Positions 50,694 to 52,048 of a stretch of DNA of 52,048 nucleotides are shown here, piece after piece (within the stretch, counting starts at the first letter, position 1; each line of letters starts with the position of its first letter). A program made the translations under genes and the position numbers. This DNA is from Nitrospinota bacterium. Lineage in GTDB: Bacteria; JADFOP01; DATKYB01. Location: NCBI GenBank assembly GCA_035528715.1, contig DATKYB010000130.1, positions 1 through 52,048 on the forward strand, in the 5' to 3' direction. The notes under the pieces are model-generated. The model was not told where the DNA came from, searched no databases, and saw only the letters and a program-made list of their open reading frames with translations.

Positions 50694-51758
50694 CTAATTG
50701 TCTTTCAGCATTTTTTCTATCTCTCTAATAAGTACTTTTTCCATCTCCTCTTCTCTTATTTTCCTGATGATTTCTCCTTTATGAAACAAAACACCTAAAC
50801 CTTTTCCCCCTGCTATACCAATATCAGCTTCTTTTGCTTCACCAGGACCATTAACAATGCATCCCATGATAGCAACTTTGATTGGCTTAGAAGCATGATT
50901 CAACTTCTTCTCAATCTTATTCACTAATGATGTTAGGTCGATCTCACATCTGCCACAGGTAGGGCAGGAGATGATTTCAATACCTCTTTTTCTTAGGTGA
51001 AGACTATTAAGTATTTTAAAACCTACCCTAACTTCTTCTCTAGGATCACCTGTTAAAGATACCCTTATTGTATCACCTATTCCTTCTGAAAGAAGAATTC
51101 CTATGCCTACTGATGATTTTATAGTCCCACCAAAAACGGTTCCTGACTCAGTTATCCCCAAATGAAGAGGGTAATCTATTTTTTTAGAAATCATTCTATA
51201 TGCACTCAAGGTTGTCAATATATCAGAGGCCTTTAGAGATATCTTTATCAATCTGAAATCAAGTTCTTCAAAAATAGAAACATGCCTTAATGCACTTAGT
51301 ACCATAGCTTTAGATATATTCTTAGGATACGTCTTGATAAGGTCTTTTTCTAGCGAACCAGCATTTACCCCGATTCGTATTGGTATATTTTTATCTTTGG
51401 CCGCTTTAACAACCTCGGCAATCTTTCTCTTTCCACCAATAATATTTCCAGGATTTAACCTTAATGCATTGATATCTTCTTGAATAGCTTTTAATGCCAA
51501 TTTATAATCAAAATGAATATCAGCAATTAAAGGAATACTTATTTTCTCTTTAATCTTCCTCAGCTTTTCGGCTGCCTCAGTATCTGGTACAGCTATTCTA
51601 ACAAGTTCACAACCTACCCTTTCTAGTTCTCTAATCTGTTTTACAGTTGTGTCTATATCCCTCGTATCTGTCTTCGTCATCGACTGAACAGCAATAGGAG
51701 CCTTCCCTCCTATCTTTACTCCACCTATTGATATACTCAAAGATTTTCTTCTCTTCAT
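50694..51758 (-). CDS. ispG: 4-hydroxy-3-methylbut-2-en-1-yl diphosphate synthase
   Basis: The 354-aa ORF has a TIM-barrel N-domain and an Fe-S domain with ISCPTCGRC. Confidence 0.95.
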   Translation of the reverse strand: MKRRKSLSISIGGVKIGGKAPIAVQSMTKTDTRDIDTTVKQIRELERVGCELVRIAVPDTEAAEKLRKIKEKISIPLIADIHFDYKLALKAIQEDINALRLNPGNIIGGKRKIAEVVKAAKDKNIPIRIGVNAGSLEKDLIKTYPKNISKAMVLSALRHVSIFEELDFRLIKISLKASDILTTLSAYRMISKKIDYPLHLGITESGTVFGGTIKSSVGIGILLSEGIGDTIRVSLTGDPREEVRVGFKILNSLHLRKRGIEIISCPTCGRCEIDLTSLVNKIEKKLNHASKPIKVAIMGCIVNGPGEAKEADIGIAGGKGLGVLFHKGEIIRKIREEEMEKVLIREIEKMLKDN

Positions 51759-51790
51759 TTTTTATTTATTAAAGATTTACAAACGAAAAG

Positions 51791-52048
51791 CTATCTACCA
51801 AATAGCCGTAATATATCATTATAAAAGGCGAATAACATTAAAGAAACAATAAATATAAGACCTATCTGTTGAGCCATCTCTCTCTTCTTTAGGCTAATGG
51901 GCCTACCTAAAATAGCTTCTAAAGAAAAAAATAGAATATGTCCACCATCTAAAATAGGGATCGGGAGAAGATTGAGGATTCCTAAGTTGATACTTAGAAA
52001 CGCAAGGAAGATATATAAATTTGGATTGAAAATACCAATTTTTACCTG
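51791..52048 (-). CDS. rseP: RIP zinc metalloprotease RseP, C-terminal fragment (truncated by the window end)
   Basis: My own translation of the minus strand is ...LSINLGILNLLPIPILDGGHILFFSLEAILGRPISLKKREMAQQIGL...LRLFGR*. The NLLPIPxLDGGH motif is diagnostic. The fragment is not in the ORF track because it has no start codon in the window. Confidence 0.85.
   Translation of the reverse strand, partial: QVKIGIFNPNLYIFLAFLSINLGILNLLPIPILDGGHILFFSLEAILGRPISLKKREMAQQIGLIFIVSLMLFAFYNDILRLFGR

Overview
This 52-kb window is a chromosomal segment from an AT-rich, Gram-negative-type bacterium. That reading rests on an AMIN-domain amidase, an NlpD-like factor, RseP, IspG, FlgM with sigma-28 promoters, and CCA-encoding tRNAs. 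I cannot assign a taxon from sequence alone. About 90% of the window is tightly packed core metabolism and information processing. The recognisable blocks are metK-ahcY; gltX-glnS followed by tRNA-Gln and tRNA-Glu; hisS, a Sir2-family deacylase, comEC and mutS; leuCDB-asd-MTAP-hemL; eno-ftsB; an amidase, der and an EF-G paralogue; ihfA-merR-tRNA-Pro; surE-pcm-tRNA-Pro-LOG-like-nlpD-like-apt-tRNA-Arg; and the classical rimP-nusA-ylxR-infB-DUF503-rbfA-truB-rpsO-pnp block followed by ispG and rseP. No rRNA, CRISPR array, transposase or integrase is visible. The only clearly accessory stretch is about 3.5 kb downstream of the initiator tRNA-fMet (about 25.9-29.4 kb). It holds a standalone PilZ c-di-GMP receptor behind a near-consensus sigma-28 promoter, a PNPOx-like gene, a frameshifted DUF2867 pseudogene, and a divergent pair. 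That pair is an orphan 117-aa gene and a 220-aa protein with an N-terminal HNH nuclease module, separated by a perfect 18-bp palindrome. It is my best, but weakly supported, candidate for an undescribed module. Other points worth a second look:
- a roughly 50% G+C block carrying an MFS gene, tRNA-Glu/Gln, glnS and gltX in an otherwise roughly 35% G+C background;
- an EF-G paralogue lacking the catalytic histidine;
- a translationally coupled REC-GGDEF / unknown / HIT operon next to flgM;
- two tandem 55-codon ORFs with strong ribosome-binding sites and a shared 10-nt motif.
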